Sequence record: MF402939
Direction: 5' to 3' (one strand)
Origin: Escherichia phage OSYSP
Length of the DNA stretch: 64,000 nucleotides
This document shows positions 49,719-58,334 of the stretch, in pieces. The position numbers and the translations under genes are program-made. The number at the start of each line of letters is the position of its first letter. Position 1 is the stretch's first letter. Under the pieces are notes generated by a model, which saw only the letters and a program-made list of their open reading frames with translations, did not search any database and was not told the origin of the DNA.

Positions 49719-50111
49719 TTAAAGACCATAAGCCAACGCATCAGCGATAAAACTAATATCTTCACCTGATACGCTGGAACGAATCCCCGCACAAGTATAT
49801 ACTTTTGCGCTGATCAATTGATCATCGAGGCAAGCGGGGCAAGGCGCGACAACTGCAAAGGCTAGGCCGGATTTTACGGCGTCGATGATAATCGTTTCTT
49901 GTTTCACAGTATCAACATAAACACCTTTTGCTTTAATATGGCTGGTTAGTTTACCTTGCATATATGCAAAGGTAGTAACCTGCAAAGCGTCATTAAAATC
50001 TAATAGGTCATCAATAACGTGCCCCGCCTCGACGTGGTAACGTTCACCATTAGAATAAACCAGAACAATTGAGGACTGAGCGCGATCGAATGGAATATTT
50101 TGCTTTTTCAT
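49719..50111 (-). CDS. Hypothetical pre-early protein (130 aa)
   Basis: ORF track. Confidence 0.5.
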   Translation of the reverse strand: MKKQNIPFDRAQSSIVLVYSNGERYHVEAGHVIDDLLDFNDALQVTTFAYMQGKLTSHIKAKGVYVDTVKQETIIIDAVKSGLAFAVVAPCPACLDDQLISAKVYTCAGIRSSVSGEDISFIADALAYGL

Positions 50112-50149
50112 ATTTATAAAACTCCAATTAGTTTAATAATGGATTTAAT

Positions 50150-50407
50150 TTATTTGATAATAATCTGCATCTGGTACGGCGTTAATTCACCGTTTACGGG
50201 TAAATTATTATCGCTCAGCCACTCATAAAAAGCGTCATCGTCATCAAAAGGAACAATATCGTTATCACGGGAATCGACGGAAATAATACCATCCGTATTA
50301 GTTTTGGCGGCTAGGATAGGCCCGAAGCTGTAAACTTTATCAGATTCCATTTCATCCGGTGAAATGAATACTTTTTCGTCTAATGTTTTGGGAAGAGTAA
50401 CTTTCAT
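50150..50407 (-). CDS. Small strongly acidic protein (85 aa); DNA-mimic / anti-defence candidate
   Basis: Large excess of Asp/Glu over Lys/Arg, including a DDDD run. Confidence 0.45.
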   Translation of the reverse strand: MKVTLPKTLDEKVFISPDEMESDKVYSFGPILAAKTNTDGIISVDSRDNDIVPFDDDDAFYEWLSDNNLPVNGELTPYQMQIIIK

Positions 50408-50462
50408 TTAATTTAGCTCCTATAATAGCGGCTATATTTCAAGCCGCTAGGGTATTAATTAT

Positions 50463-52127
50463 TTACGCGAAAAATTTACCGTTTTTAAAGTCGATCAAAG
50501 TGCGCTGACCGTTTGCATAGGTAATAACATGCGTTTGCGTCCAGCTTGACGCGCCAACGTTGTAACCCATGTCCAGACTACCAGCTACGCCAGCGGTATA
50601 TACCCCGCCGTAAATGCTTGCCGTATGAGTATGCCCCGTGTTTAATTTGCCCAATTTCTTAAACTGTTTAGGATTGCCACGGCTGCCGTTAATGCCATTG
50701 TGACCGTGTACGCCGCACTCGATGCCTGCAATTTTAAATGATTGGTCAGTTGTTAGGAAAATGGCGTTAAATTCACAACCTGCAACCTTACGCAGCGCAT
50801 AATCAAGCACGTTGAAAGTATCGTCATGATCACCGATTGCCGCGTAAATTGCAGCATTTAGGCGGTGATATAGTTCCGCGTTTGCGGGATCGTCTTTAAT
50901 GTTAGCATTACGATCATCAAGCCAACGGGATAGCGCTAAATCGTGGTTTGATTCCACGATGATTGTTTGAGAAAAATCGCGCTCCATTGACTCCAGCACG
51001 CGCCCCGTATCGATGAGATCATCCAGAACCTTATCACGTCCGGCGGCGTATTGTTTTGCTAGGAATACACCCGAAGCGCGGTTGTGATGGTTGCGGGATG
51101 TAAAATCATGCACGTCATGAATAAACTGATATTTAGGCTTGAGAATATCAAGCAAGCTATTTTCGCCAGCCCATGACGCAACGGCGCAATCGTCATCTAA
51201 TTTTTCGGCGTGAATATCGCCATATTGCAAGCCTAAAACATGCCCCGATGTTTCATAACATCCGGCGGGAGTGGCGCAAATATTCAAATCGTAAAACACG
51301 CCGCTTTCGTCCATCGTTTCAAGCTGGCGAACAAAAAATTCTCCGTCTTCGTCAAACTCAACAACAAGCGCACCGAAATTATGCAGCGCCTCGGCCTTTT
51401 GTCCTGCTTTCTGCTGGATGTAATTTTTTAGGGTTGCCGTTCCAGTTGAATACATACGACGCACTACTTCACCTTTTAAAGCTGGCACGCTTTCGGCGGT
51501 AATTTTAGCGTGACCAATTGCCAGACCTTCCAGATTAAGCGCCGTTGCAGTTTCAGCGAATCCAGAAAGCGGATAATCTGCGGTTGGCAAAACGTTAATT
51601 TCAGCCATGAAAGCAAAACGGCGGTTATTTAAAAACACGTTTTTATTGCAGATATATTTGTCAAATGCGGAATCATATTTTATTCCTTCTGCACCCTCGC
51701 CATTTTGAAAACCGTTTTTGTTATAAATAAACTTGCTAACCAGCAAATCAGCGCCGATATATTTAGCAAATTGCTCCAGTGAGGCTAAAAAGTTTTTATG
51801 CGGGAAAGTATTATTCTGAATCGACGTAATAATAAAGCGTTTACCCTGCTTTACTTCCCATTGCTCAACCGTGCTAGAAACAATCCCCGCCGCTTCTGGA
51901 CGCTCATCGTTTTTAATGGCTTTTGCTACTTTCGCCGCTTTCGGTTTAGCTGGTTTATTTGCTTCCAACCAGTCGCAGATAGCGGTCGAGTGTTTTGTTG
52001 TATCGTAGACCGCTTTTGATATATCGTCGCAGACCTCCAGTTTAGTAGCGCGCAGACGTTTACCATAGAAATTAAAGTCAGCGGCCATTTTCAGGATAAC
52101 GGTTTGTTTTTCTGCGGAAATAATCAT
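50463..52127 (-). CDS. A1: A1-like pre-early protein with metallophosphoesterase domain (554 aa)
   Basis: Phosphoesterase motifs (GDIH, SNHD, GHNG, GHTH) in the C-terminal half; size close to T5 A1; adjacent to the A2-like and dmp-like genes. Confidence 0.65.
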   Translation of the reverse strand: MIISAEKQTVILKMAADFNFYGKRLRATKLEVCDDISKAVYDTTKHSTAICDWLEANKPAKPKAAKVAKAIKNDERPEAAGIVSSTVEQWEVKQGKRFIITSIQNNTFPHKNFLASLEQFAKYIGADLLVSKFIYNKNGFQNGEGAEGIKYDSAFDKYICNKNVFLNNRRFAFMAEINVLPTADYPLSGFAETATALNLEGLAIGHAKITAESVPALKGEVVRRMYSTGTATLKNYIQQKAGQKAEALHNFGALVVEFDEDGEFFVRQLETMDESGVFYDLNICATPAGCYETSGHVLGLQYGDIHAEKLDDDCAVASWAGENSLLDILKPKYQFIHDVHDFTSRNHHNRASGVFLAKQYAAGRDKVLDDLIDTGRVLESMERDFSQTIIVESNHDLALSRWLDDRNANIKDDPANAELYHRLNAAIYAAIGDHDDTFNVLDYALRKVAGCEFNAIFLTTDQSFKIAGIECGVHGHNGINGSRGNPKQFKKLGKLNTGHTHTASIYGGVYTAGVAGSLDMGYNVGASSWTQTHVITYANGQRTLIDFKNGKFFA

Positions 52128-52223
52128 ATTAATAAAACTCCATTAAAGGGATTAAAAACGTTTGTTATTGGCAAATATTGCCAAATATAACGCCTTGAAT
52201 AATAGGCGTTATAATTTGCAACA

Positions 52224-52421
52224 TTAATTTAAAGGCATAAGGCTAGAACTAACACCACAAGCAACGGCGGCAATAAAACAAATCAGACCTAAACGCTTTG
52301 CCAATTTAGACTTACGTTTAAAATAATATGAGTCTAAATCATTTTGAAAATAAGCGAATAATAACGAGGCCGCCATAATAAATAAGCCTAGAATGAGGGA
52401 TTCAGTAGGGTAAAAGATCAT
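52224..52421 (-). CDS. Small two-helix membrane protein (65 aa)
   Basis: ORF track; two hydrophobic segments. Confidence 0.4.
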   Translation of the reverse strand: MIFYPTESLILGLFIMAASLLFAYFQNDLDSYYFKRKSKLAKRLGLICFIAAVACGVSSSLMPLN

Positions 52422-52477
52422 TTTAAAACTCCAGTCAAAGGGAAATTATAGTGGGGAATATTCCCCACTAATTAAAT

Positions 52478-52885
52478 TTATTCGCCTGCGGCTTGTTTTA
52501 CTTCATCGGCAACGCCTAACAGTTGCGCCACGGCGTCCAGTGTTTCAAGTTTTGCACTTTCCAGACTTGCCAGATCATCGGCGTCTTTGATAATGCCGGA
52601 ATCAATAGCATGTTTAGCGATAACGCGTACATAGTGAGCTTTGCGGATTGAGCTACCGCCGCCAACTTTGCGCGGCTTATCGCTTTTCTGATACGCTTTC
52701 GCGCTGGTCAATTTTGACCGAACGGATACGGGAGAAGCCGCGCCCACTGCTTTTGCAATCTCTTTTAAACCGTAGCTATTTGCGAAATCTAAACCGTTTT
52801 CATTGATTAACTGCTGATACATGGAAACGGCTTTTTGGGTGTTTTCTTCATTCCAAGCAAATTTTGCGGTTTTAACGTTAGTCAT
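52478..52885 (-). CDS. A2: A2-like pre-early DNA-binding protein (135 aa)
   Basis: Size and position next to the A1-like gene; basic segment. Confidence 0.5.
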   Translation of the reverse strand: MTNVKTAKFAWNEENTQKAVSMYQQLINENGLDFANSYGLKEIAKAVGAASPVSVRSKLTSAKAYQKSDKPRKVGGGSSIRKAHYVRVIAKHAIDSGIIKDADDLASLESAKLETLDAVAQLLGVADEVKQAAGE

Positions 52886-52983
52886 GGTAAAAACTCCTAT
52901 TAGTTTAATTTAAGGGATAAGATTAACATAGTGTTAATCATTATATTCCCCATATTTCAGAGGAATATAAAGTTAACACTAAA

Positions 52984-53235
52984 TTATAACACAGCTTCCC
53001 ATTTTTCGTTACGCTGTACAACCTTTACAACGTCGCCGGATTTAACGCGAACGCTAAAAACGGTTTTGCCGTTGTTACTACGTTCATTTTCAGCGTATAC
53101 CGCGTCGATTGTATCAAACGGCATAAGCGCCGCACCTTTAATACGTTCGGCTTTTCCGGTTAGTTCATCCGTTTTAGTAACGAAAGGAATAAAAACGGAT
53201 TGACCAATTTTAGGCGCGGTAATAACGTTTTTCAT
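52984..53235 (-). CDS. Hypothetical pre-early protein (83 aa)
   Basis: ORF track. Confidence 0.45.
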   Translation of the reverse strand: MKNVITAPKIGQSVFIPFVTKTDELTGKAERIKGAALMPFDTIDAVYAENERSNNGKTVFSVRVKSGDVVKVVQRNEKWEAVL

Positions 53236-53462
53236 AATATAAACTCCTAGTTATTTGGGGATTGTTCCGCATTACCTGCTAGAAAGTAGCAGGTAATAAG
53301 CAACAATCCGCTCACCGCTATAATCAATTTAAAGAACTCCATGCAGGCCGCTATATCCCAGTTAGGGGGCGGGACACATTATGGTAAGTGCCGACCGTCA
53401 GATTTTATCAAGTTATCGCTCTTATCGAACTGAGTACATCTTAAAGCCTATCGGCTAGGTTG

Positions 53463-53666
53463 TCAAACAATTTTTTGCAGTTTTTTATAATTCTCTTTCA
53501 AGTCAATCATAATATTTCGCCAGATCATTTCTAAACCTTGCTGGCGGCCTTTCTTGTACTGCGTGAATCGGTATTTTACCGATCTTTGCGCTACTGTCAA
53601 CAAATTTTTTGTTTTGCTGTCCAGTGCCTTGCTAGGTTTACCAGTGATCAATAAAGTTTGTTTCAT
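53463..53666 (-). CDS. Small basic protein (67 aa), possibly DNA-binding
   Basis: ORF track; Lys/Arg-rich. Confidence 0.4.
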   Translation of the reverse strand: MKQTLLITGKPSKALDSKTKNLLTVAQRSVKYRFTQYKKGRQQGLEMIWRNIMIDLKENYKKLQKIV

Positions 53667-54091
53667 ATCTGCGATTCCTTATAATGTATAAGTTTACCGC
53701 CGATAGACTTTAAGATGTACCCAATTTTTAAAGAGCGCGGCGGTAAACTTCCCGCCGTGTAGTTCGTCATTGCCGCCCTACGAGATAAATAATAAGGGAT
53801 TCACAAAAATGGCGCAACCTTATTTTTGTAAAGAAACGTAAAGACAAATGCCACCGGACACCGTGCGGCGACCTGGGCGCGACGCACTAAAATTAAAAGA
53901 AACGGGCGCGCGAATACCACAAAACATAGCAGATAGGCAAGTAATTTTTTCATTTATATTTGCTTTGCCCTACTTGACAAAATCTAAAAAACTCGTGGTA
54001 GCGATAAACGAGGGTAGGCAATGCAATGGCATGGCTAAAAACTTCATCGCGTTCTAGGGCGTTTTAGGCGCATTCTAGCCTTGTTGATAAC

Positions 54092-54534
54092 TTATCCCCA
54101 GAAGCAAAAATGAAATTTTCCTAGTTATCCACTTGACTTTTATTTTCCAGTGGATAACTACTTATTTTATAAAATAAATTAATTGACTTTTATTTGTTAG
54201 TATGCGTCGGAAAGATAGCAGACTAATAATTGCTAGGATGATAATCATGCTGGTGGATTGTAACGGCTTAAATTATTAGCAGACTATTAATCACGGAAAA
54301 TCTCATTAGCCAACTAACTATTTCATGATATATAATATACTTATAAATTAAGGAGAAATAATAATTATAAGAAATAATAGCTACAGTAAATATTAACTAT
54401 AAGAAACTATCGGCCTAAGTGAGAACCACTATCATTTAAGTTATCCACAACGTTATCCACAGCACAAAATGATTTGACATAATAGGCGGTGATATAAGGA
54501 CTTTTACACAGACTTATCCACAGCTTATCCTACT
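54092..54534. promoter_or_regulatory. DnaA-box cluster in the divergent intergenic region (perfect TTATCCACA at 54441, 54453, 54514; variants at 54092, 54125, 54150 inverted, 54526)
   Basis: Direct match to the 9-mer DnaA box consensus. Confidence 0.7.
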
Positions 54535-54549
54535 GTATAAATATACAAG
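54508..54549 (+). repeat. Left arm of a 42-bp inverted repeat (ACAGACTTATCCACAG..TATCCTACTGTATAAATATACA), with DnaA box and -10-like TATAAAT
   Basis: Reverse complement of 58209-58250, identical except 2 central bases (hand-aligned). Confidence 0.8.
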
Positions 54550-54815
54550 GTAAAAAGGTAGTGTTAACAACTGCAATCAATTTTAAGCGGCCTAAAACGC
54601 TTTCTAACGAGCTAAATGCGGTGGGGTAATATTAAAGTAAAGTCTTCACCCGTCGCCCTGGTGGCTTCACTGTGTTTTGCTCTTTATTGCACCGCTGCGC
54701 GGTTAGCATAAAACTAGGCGCTAGGCAAGGAAAATAAAAAGGTAAAATAATATTTGCCCCTAGAAAGAAAATACCTTTATCATTCACTCACCGATTAACG
54801 AGGGAGGCCGAACAA

Positions 54816-55808
54816 ATGAGGCTTTATAAACCAGATAACGCAACCGTCTTAAAAGGTGCATTGCGCAACCTGCTGGATGGTAGCAGAACAACCAGCATTA
54901 AACATTTTGTTTTCAATATTGAAACACTTCATCGTAATTTTCTTGATGATTACGATGCTTATAATATGAATAGTTTTCTACCGTTATATAATCAAGGGGC
55001 AACGCTTGTTTTATATAATCAGGAATCTCACTTGCTTACTAGTCGAGGGCCAGATACTGATTTTATTATAGTGAAAGGCAGTACAGTAAAAGCCTATGAT
55101 GCGGGGGCGGGCTTAGAAGTTTTCACGATAGAAAATTATGAGCCTTATGATAAGGATCTTTATGACGTAGAAAATTTTCTCGATTCATTTTGGCGTTATT
55201 TATCAATTGGGTGGAATCGATCAGATTATCACGGGTATCGTTTTGCGGCTATAATGGCTTTTGATGATAACGGTAATTTTTTGCTACCGTCGGAATTATA
55301 CCCGTATGTATATAATGATTTAATAGAGGAGGCTGGTTTTACTTTCTGGAAAGATGAAGATCAGCCTATTGACAACACGGAAAAACATGCTGTAAATTCT
55401 AACACTCAAAGCGTTAACACTCAAACTACTGAAAATAAAGGGAAAAATACTATGACCAAGATCGCTAACATCGTTGCCGCTAATAAATCCGCTGTTGTAA
55501 ACGCTGCAAAACTGGAAGCGGGTAAAATTGCACTGACTCAAATCACGAAAGTAGCGGCTAAAAAACCGCCGTTTATTATCAAGGGTTATATTGATACGCC
55601 GATTGGTCGGGTAGTGATTGCCAACCTGCTGAGTGTAGCGGTTGACCAGTACGCCCCGAGTAACCAGAAAGCGAAAGCGGTAGCAGGAGCGGCTATGGAA
55701 GCGGCAATGCTAGAAATGGTGCAAAGTTTTAACATCGCTGAAATGATCGATGAAATGGTAAAAGGTATCGATATTTCTACTTTCACCGTTAACAACGAAA
55801 GCGAGTAA
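54816..55808 (+). CDS. Hypothetical pre-early protein (330 aa)
   Basis: ORF track; GGAGG Shine-Dalgarno upstream. Confidence 0.6.
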   Translation: MRLYKPDNATVLKGALRNLLDGSRTTSIKHFVFNIETLHRNFLDDYDAYNMNSFLPLYNQGATLVLYNQESHLLTSRGPDTDFIIVKGSTVKAYDAGAGLEVFTIENYEPYDKDLYDVENFLDSFWRYLSIGWNRSDYHGYRFAAIMAFDDNGNFLLPSELYPYVYNDLIEEAGFTFWKDEDQPIDNTEKHAVNSNTQSVNTQTTENKGKNTMTKIANIVAANKSAVVNAAKLEAGKIALTQITKVAAKKPPFIIKGYIDTPIGRVVIANLLSVAVDQYAPSNQKAKAVAGAAMEAAMLEMVQSFNIAEMIDEMVKGIDISTFTVNNESE

Positions 55809-55872
55809 TAATATTAAGCGGGGATTGTTACCCCGCTTTAATGTTCCCTTGTTAATTAATAGGAGGCTAATT

Positions 55873-56367
55873 ATGTCAGAAGAAAAATATGGCTTCTCAC
55901 TGGGAGAAGTGAGCACGGCTAAACACGATATGATCATTTTGGTCGATTGTCATACTGGCTATTGCGGAGAAGGCTGGACGGAGGAACATTTTGTTCCAGC
56001 TGGCTGTAATCTGGACGCTTTCGCTCAGGAAATGGCTGTTGATAATGCTTCTCGTTTCGGTAGCGATGGCTATGAAGACGAGGAAACTGGCGAATGGTAT
56101 GAAAATGAAAACGTATACGCTAGTCTTTATCATTATCAATTAAGTAAATCCGGCGCATATGTAAACGGCGGCGATCCTATTAATTCCATCATGAGATTAA
56201 TTATTAAACATGGTGGCGTCGAGATAATTGATAACAAAGCGGTAATATACGCAAACCGATTAAAACAGCTTGTTTATATTCCTGATAATACCCGATGGGA
56301 TGAATATGCTGTTTTGCATGACGAATTGAAACGATGTTTCAATATTGAATCCTTACAAGTAGTCTAA
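55873..56367 (+). CDS. Hypothetical acidic protein (about 164 aa, start at MSEEKYG)
   Basis: AGGAGG Shine-Dalgarno 6 nt before ATG at 55873. Confidence 0.55.
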   Translation: MSEEKYGFSLGEVSTAKHDMIILVDCHTGYCGEGWTEEHFVPAGCNLDAFAQEMAVDNASRFGSDGYEDEETGEWYENENVYASLYHYQLSKSGAYVNGGDPINSIMRLIIKHGGVEIIDNKAVIYANRLKQLVYIPDNTRWDEYAVLHDELKRCFNIESLQVV

Positions 56368-56472
56368 TGTAAAGTTTTGTAAAGGTCGCCTTTTATGGTG
56401 GCCTTTTTTGTTATAATGCTTTTACACCAAAACGGTGGATTGAAAATTTTCCCAAAAATTTGGAGGCTTAAA

Positions 56473-56703
56473 ATGGTTGCATACTCTTCTGCTAGTCATC
56501 TGTTTACCGCGCAAGGCTGGGTATCTAATCGCGTCATCATTCATGAAATGGTGCAGGAGTTCGGCATTGCTAAAACTTACACTACCATTCAGGAACTATA
56601 CAACGCCGATAAAATCGATCAGCAAACGGCTGGCTTTTTGCTGGATACCCTGAAGGCGGAACATTGCACCAAAAAACAAGCCGCTAAAATTGTTTTAATG
56701 TAA
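56473..56703 (+). CDS. Hypothetical protein (about 76 aa, start at MVAYSS)
   Basis: GGAGG Shine-Dalgarno before ATG at 56473. Confidence 0.5.
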   Translation: MVAYSSASHLFTAQGWVSNRVIIHEMVQEFGIAKTYTTIQELYNADKIDQQTAGFLLDTLKAEHCTKKQAAKIVLM

Positions 56704-56749
56704 TTAATAACGGGGCGTTATTTTCGCCCCGCTAACTAGGAGAATGAAA

Positions 56750-56899
56750 ATGGTTATTTTTCGAGCTATTCTGGCAGGTATCTTGGGCGCTATTTTATCG
56801 TTGTTTGCAATAGCTTTCGGTGTTCACGCCGTTATTGTCGGCGCGGGTATCGCCGTTTTTTCTTATCTGCTGGGCTGCATGATTAGTAAAGGAGAATAA
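56750..56899 (+). CDS. Unannotated hydrophobic micro-protein (49 aa, MVIFRAILAGILGAILSLFAIAFGVHAVIVGAGIAVFSYLLGCMISKGE)
   Basis: Hand translation; AGGAG Shine-Dalgarno; stop lies 2 nt before the next ATG. Confidence 0.5.
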   Translation: MVIFRAILAGILGAILSLFAIAFGVHAVIVGAGIAVFSYLLGCMISKGE

Positions 56900-56901
56900 A
56901 A

Positions 56902-57114
56902 ATGATCCGCAACGTTTCTCTTGCTCGTTCGAAAGGCTTTAAGCTGGTGGACGTTAACACGTTCGAGCGTGAAGATTGTAAAATCGAATATGTAGCGCGG
57001 AATAAAAACGCCTTTCGTGTTACCGAGAAAAAATTCGATAAGCGCGGCAACGTGGTCGCTGAAACGGTTAAACATTTTGCCACCTTTTACGCTGCGTTTC
57101 GTGGGGTACTATGA
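56902..57114 (+). CDS. Hypothetical basic protein (70 aa)
   Basis: ORF track. Confidence 0.5.
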   Translation: MIRNVSLARSKGFKLVDVNTFEREDCKIEYVARNKNAFRVTEKKFDKRGNVVAETVKHFATFYAAFRGVL

Positions 57115-57236
57115 AAAGCGTTATCATTATTAGCCTTGCAATGGTTGGCGGTTTTACCGCCACCTTATTTAAAAATGATCCCCTTTTACTGGGGATTTTT
57201 ATGCTTTTATCTGGCTATCTGATTGGGAGGTTATAA
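57111..57236 (+). CDS. Unannotated hydrophobic micro-protein (41 aa, MKSVIIISLAMVGGFTATLFKNDPLLLGIFMLLSGYLIGRL)
   Basis: Hand translation; ATGA start/stop overlap with the upstream gene. Confidence 0.5.
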   Translation: MKSVIIISLAMVGGFTATLFKNDPLLLGIFMLLSGYLIGRL

Positions 57237-57237
57237 A

Positions 57238-57582
57238 ATGGTAATTTATGAAGGCAATCGTTTTGTTGCTAATTGCCGTCCTGCATTGCTAGCAAATTAC
57301 TTAAATCAGCTTTCACCAGCTTATAAGGGCGTTATTAATATTTATGAGGGCAAAGTGCATTATAAGGTTAATGCGGTCGTTGCCCGTGAACTAGCGTTTC
57401 AATTTTTGACCTTTGCATCTTGTGACGTTCAGGTTATGGGTGAGGCGTTAATTGCAGAAAATGAAGATGATTTTATTAACATTTTTCGCAAGATATGCAC
57501 CGAGCGCCTGATCATGAAAGGCGCTTATATTCAATCCACTGCGGATAGTATTGAAACAGCGTTTCGAAAGGTGGCGCAATGA
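57238..57582 (+). CDS. Hypothetical protein (about 114 aa, start at MVIYEG)
   Basis: GGGAGG Shine-Dalgarno before ATG at 57238. Confidence 0.5.
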   Translation: MVIYEGNRFVANCRPALLANYLNQLSPAYKGVINIYEGKVHYKVNAVVARELAFQFLTFASCDVQVMGEALIAENEDDFINIFRKICTERLIMKGAYIQSTADSIETAFRKVAQ

Positions 57583-57737
57583 AAAAGTTTTTAATAGCTG
57601 GCATGTTTCCGTTGTTGCCTTATGTAATTTGCTGGGCTTTATATGCTCATGGTGCTAGTGTTCCCGGTGTGGCTTCATTTGGTGTATCGGCGGGCTTTCT
57701 AGCTGGACTATTGGCAAGCGTATATTTACGCAAATAA
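57579..57737 (+). CDS. Unannotated hydrophobic micro-protein (52 aa, MKKFLIAGMFPLLPYVICWALYAHGASVPGVASFGVSAGFLAGLLASVYLRK)
   Basis: Hand translation; ATGA overlap with the upstream gene. Confidence 0.5.
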   Translation: MKKFLIAGMFPLLPYVICWALYAHGASVPGVASFGVSAGFLAGLLASVYLRK

Positions 57738-57756
57738 TTAATAACGGAGCGTTATT

Positions 57757-57951
57757 ATGAGCAATAAAATTGTTGTAACCAAAATCAGTACAATGGTTGA
57801 TGTTTTTTACGTGCCCGATACGCCGGAGAATCGGCGAGCGGTCGAGCGTGGCGAGTATGATAAAGTGATTTATGATCACGATGGTTACTATCAACATTTG
57901 GTGGATTCCTACGGGGAGGAGGAAAAAATCACGCATCGACTACCAGACTAA
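57757..57951 (+). CDS. Small acidic protein (64 aa)
   Basis: ORF track. Confidence 0.5.
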   Translation: MSNKIVVTKISTMVDVFYVPDTPENRRAVERGEYDKVIYDHDGYYQHLVDSYGEEEKITHRLPD

Positions 57952-57992
57952 TAATCACGGGGCGCAACTACCAGGGAGTGCCCCCAATTCTC

Positions 57993-58087
57993 AAATGAGA
58001 ATCATTCTCATTTGACTGCGCCCGCGATGGTTAGCCTGCTAATGATTAGGGTGTTACGTGTCGCCTTGTGTGATCGTTAGCAGGCTA
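57993..58087. repeat. Palindromic elements: AAATGAGAATCATTCTCATTT and a 12-bp inverted pair TTAGCCTGCTAA / TTAGCAGGCTAA
   Basis: Read from the sequence; related motifs occur at 48812-48853. Confidence 0.7.
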
Positions 58088-58208
58088 ACTAATTTTTAAG
58101 CCTCCTCCAATTTTGCCCTTGTTTTAGTACCCCCACCAAAATTAAACGCGTTAGAATGCGATCTAGGACGTTTTAGCGGTATACTAGAATTATTCACTAC
58201 ATAGGAAT

Positions 58209-58250
58209 ACTGTATATTTATACAGTAGGATATCCTGTGGATAAGTCTGT
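58209..58250 (-). repeat. Right arm of the 42-bp inverted repeat (reverse orientation), includes DnaA box TGTGGATAA at 58236; a second box at 58309
   Basis: Hand-computed reverse complement matches 54508-54549. Confidence 0.8.
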
Positions 58251-58334
58251 TAATAACGCCTCAAAATGGCTAGGATTCTGTCAAATCAAATCGTGCTGTT
58301 AATAAGTCTGTGGATAACTTAAATAACAGTGTTT

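Noticed and set aside
51173-52019. Plus-strand ORFs antisense to the A1-like gene (51173..51502, 51240..51431, 51798..52019)
   Set aside because: Antisense to a long, motif-supported gene; Arg-rich translations typical of GC-rich antisense frames.
57655-57936. Minus-strand ORF 57655..57936 (93 aa)
   Set aside because: Antisense to the coupled plus-strand operon; hydrophobic low-complexity translation; likely spurious, though an antisense transcript from the right inverted-repeat arm could pass through here.
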